Shown here: positions 62,559 to 64,000 of the stretch, piece after piece
Layout of the letters: each line of letters starts with the position of its first letter
How positions within the stretch are numbered: the stretch's first letter is position 1
Source of the DNA: a virus
Lineage: Duplodnaviria > Caudoviricetes
Length of the DNA stretch: 64,000 nt
Reading direction: 5' to 3' (one strand)
Virus record (IMG/VR): IMGVR_UViG_3300032017_000001
Coordinates: 21,152-85,151 of that record
Program-made: the position numbers and the translations under genes
The notes under the pieces: model-generated
Seen by the model: the letters and a program-made list of their open reading frames with translations, nothing else
Database searches by the model: none
What the model was told of the DNA's origin: nothing

Positions 62559-62852
62559 GTGGCCGGAGGATGGGCCGGATCCGACAGGCGGCGGCGCCTG
62601 CCGCCCCAGTGGGCAAGGATCCGAGCGGAGATTCTGGCCCGCGACAGTACGTGCGTCCTGTGCGGCGTGCGACCCAGCACCCACTGCGACCACATCAAAG
62701 CCAAGACCGATGATCACCGGCCTGAAGGGCTCCAGGGAGTTTGCGGACCCTGTCATGATCAGAAGTCCAGCCGTGAAGGCAACGACGCGCAGCGCAACAA
62801 CCCGCGGCCCGGACGGAAACGGCCGCAGGAACCGCACCCAGGGCTCCGCTGA
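62559..62852 (+). CDS. HNH endonuclease (terminase-associated type)
   Basis: CVLCG...CDHI...LQGVCGPCH..KS; position near cos-like site. Confidence 0.88.
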   Translation: MAGGWAGSDRRRRLPPQWARIRAEILARDSTCVLCGVRPSTHCDHIKAKTDDHRPEGLQGVCGPCHDQKSSREGNDAQRNNPRPGRKRPQEPHPGLR

Positions 62853-62869
62853 ACGGAAAGGCCCGCGCC

Positions 62870-63070
62870 TTGAACGCAGCACTCCAGCTCTGTTACCAGC
62901 ACATCCCCAGCTTCAAGCGTGAGTCCGGCGGCATCTACCACCTCTACGCCACCCTCCACTCACGGATCTACGCCAAACGGATGCGGCACCTACACCGACA
63001 CGGACAGCACGCCCCACAACACGGACTCGACCCGCACTGCTCATGGTGCGGTGCCACACCGGAGCGGTGA
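62870..63070 (+). CDS. Hypothetical His-rich protein
   Basis: ORF track. Confidence 0.5.
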   Translation: MNAALQLCYQHIPSFKRESGGIYHLYATLHSRIYAKRMRHLHRHGQHAPQHGLDPHCSWCGATPER

Positions 63071-63073
63071 CCG

Positions 63074-63292
63074 ATGCCCGCCTACCTGATCGTCCACCCC
63101 CGCGAGCAACGCAAAGAAGACGTCCTCGTCGAAGACCCCCACCTCGAACTCACCGTCACCGACGGATGGGCCATCTTCACCGACCACGCCGGCATCTGCC
63201 TCGCCATACCCGCCGGCCTTGGAGCCCAGATCCAGCGGGTAGACGAAGAACAAGCCCCCGCACACGATGAGCCCGCGCCGCAGAAGGAGTGA
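63074..63292 (+). CDS. Hypothetical protein
   Basis: ORF track. Confidence 0.6.
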   Translation: MPAYLIVHPREQRKEDVLVEDPHLELTVTDGWAIFTDHAGICLAIPAGLGAQIQRVDEEQAPAHDEPAPQKE

Positions 63293-63537
63293 GACCTGTG
63301 GCAACTCGCGGACGCGGAAGCCGCGGCAACGCCGCCCAACTGCGCGCGTACTGGACGACGGGCCGAGGCGGGACAACCAAGGTGCGCTGGAACCAGGCCG
63401 GCGACCACCGAAGGTGTACACGAGCCCTTCGGAAGTACCTCGGTGGTCGAGCGCCGGCCTACTGCGCCTCCCTGCACCGGCAGATGACAGGGGTCTGGCC
63501 TGGCGACCGACGCAACGTCGGCCGACGACGCAGGTGA
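63289..63537 (+). CDS. Conserved actinophage small protein (RW...GD..RC...L.KY...YCA..H)
   Basis: Motif pattern; coupled. Confidence 0.65.
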   Translation: MRPVATRGRGSRGNAAQLRAYWTTGRGGTTKVRWNQAGDHRRCTRALRKYLGGRAPAYCASLHRQMTGVWPGDRRNVGRRRR

Positions 63538-63815
63538 CCACCACACTGCACGTCGCACCGATCAGTGACCTGGTCGACCACGACACCAGCACGGCCGACT
63601 CGGACTGCGTGTGCGGACCAGAGGTCAAGCCAGTCACCCACGACGATGGGTCGATCGGCTGGCTGCTGGTTCACCACTCCCTCGACGGCCGTGAGCAGGC
63701 GAACGGGTCGGCCCAGGCCGGGCCGGCGGGGTACGGGAGGGAGCAGGCATGGCAGCGGTCGGTGCGGTCCAGGTCCAGTGTCCCGAGTGCGACGTCGCAC
63801 TACCGATCACGATGA
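63534..63815 (+). CDS. Hypothetical protein (DCVCGP...VHHSLDGRE)
   Basis: GTGA coupling. Confidence 0.55.
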   Translation: MTTTLHVAPISDLVDHDTSTADSDCVCGPEVKPVTHDDGSIGWLLVHHSLDGREQANGSAQAGPAGYGREQAWQRSVRSRSSVPSATSHYRSR

Positions 63816-63928
63816 CCGCGAAGTCACCAACTCGCGAAGGCGACAAGGTGATCGTCAACCTGGAGCCTGACCTGGCCGATGTGATGGCGCACGCCTGGAC
63901 TCACGAGCCGGCCGACGACGATCACTGA
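63749..63928 (+). CDS. Small Cys/His protein (CPEC...H)
   Basis: GGAGGGAG RBS; read manually. Confidence 0.55.
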   Translation: MAAVGAVQVQCPECDVALPITMTAKSPTREGDKVIVNLEPDLADVMAHAWTHEPADDDH

Positions 63929-63955
63929 ACCATGATCCAAAGGGAAACGGACATA

Positions 63956-63969
63956 GGGGGTATACCCCC
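63956..63969. other. Perfect palindrome GGGGGTATACCCCC, cos/packaging-proximal signal candidate
   Basis: Follows HNH and last small genes; window ends 31 nt later. Confidence 0.45.
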
Positions 63970-64000
63970 CACCCATGATCCTTCCGGATTAATGATACGC

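Noticed and set aside
63991-64000. aatgatacg matches the first 9 nt of the Illumina P5 adapter
   Set aside because: Only 9 nt with the next base mismatched; cannot be told from chance without reads.

Overview
The whole window is temperate phage DNA from a high-GC actinomycete, almost certainly Streptomyces. Gene order: end of the lysis cassette (1-2703); accessory region with a second, Cre-like tyrosine recombinase (2766-7334); an intact attP-type site carrying the last 31 codons of a host acyl-CoA dehydrogenase gene, with phage DNA on both sides (7731-7826); integrase, repressor, Cro and Xis (7921-10921); a long early/replication region (YqaJ-RecT, DNA methyltransferases, a DpdA/TGT-like protein, replication initiator with iterons, DnaB, RNA ligase) interrupted by an IS110 element; a KorSA-GntR/Spd/TraB(FtsK) Streptomyces conjugation-type module with clt-like repeats (39470-48235); an RHH-regulated operon; late regulators; an extra fibre-like structural cluster joined to glycosyltransferase, methyltransferase and epimerase genes (54810-61299); and an HNH gene followed by a cos-like palindrome at the right edge. 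Head, terminase and main tail genes are not in the window. Strongest novel-looking signals: (1) small genes separated by repeated ~50-nt tRNA-like elements (7-bp acceptor stem plus T-arm, covarying) at 42539-43501; (2) a phage carrying an apparently complete TraB/Spd/clt/KorSA hyphal-transfer module plus plasmid-like resolvase and copy-control features; (3) IS110 bridge-RNA guide segments readable by eye that match this insertion site, in a non-IS621 loop order; (4) a fibre plus glycosylation module; (5) an orphan DpdA-like gene. All product names come from motif recognition by eye; no database search or folding program was run.
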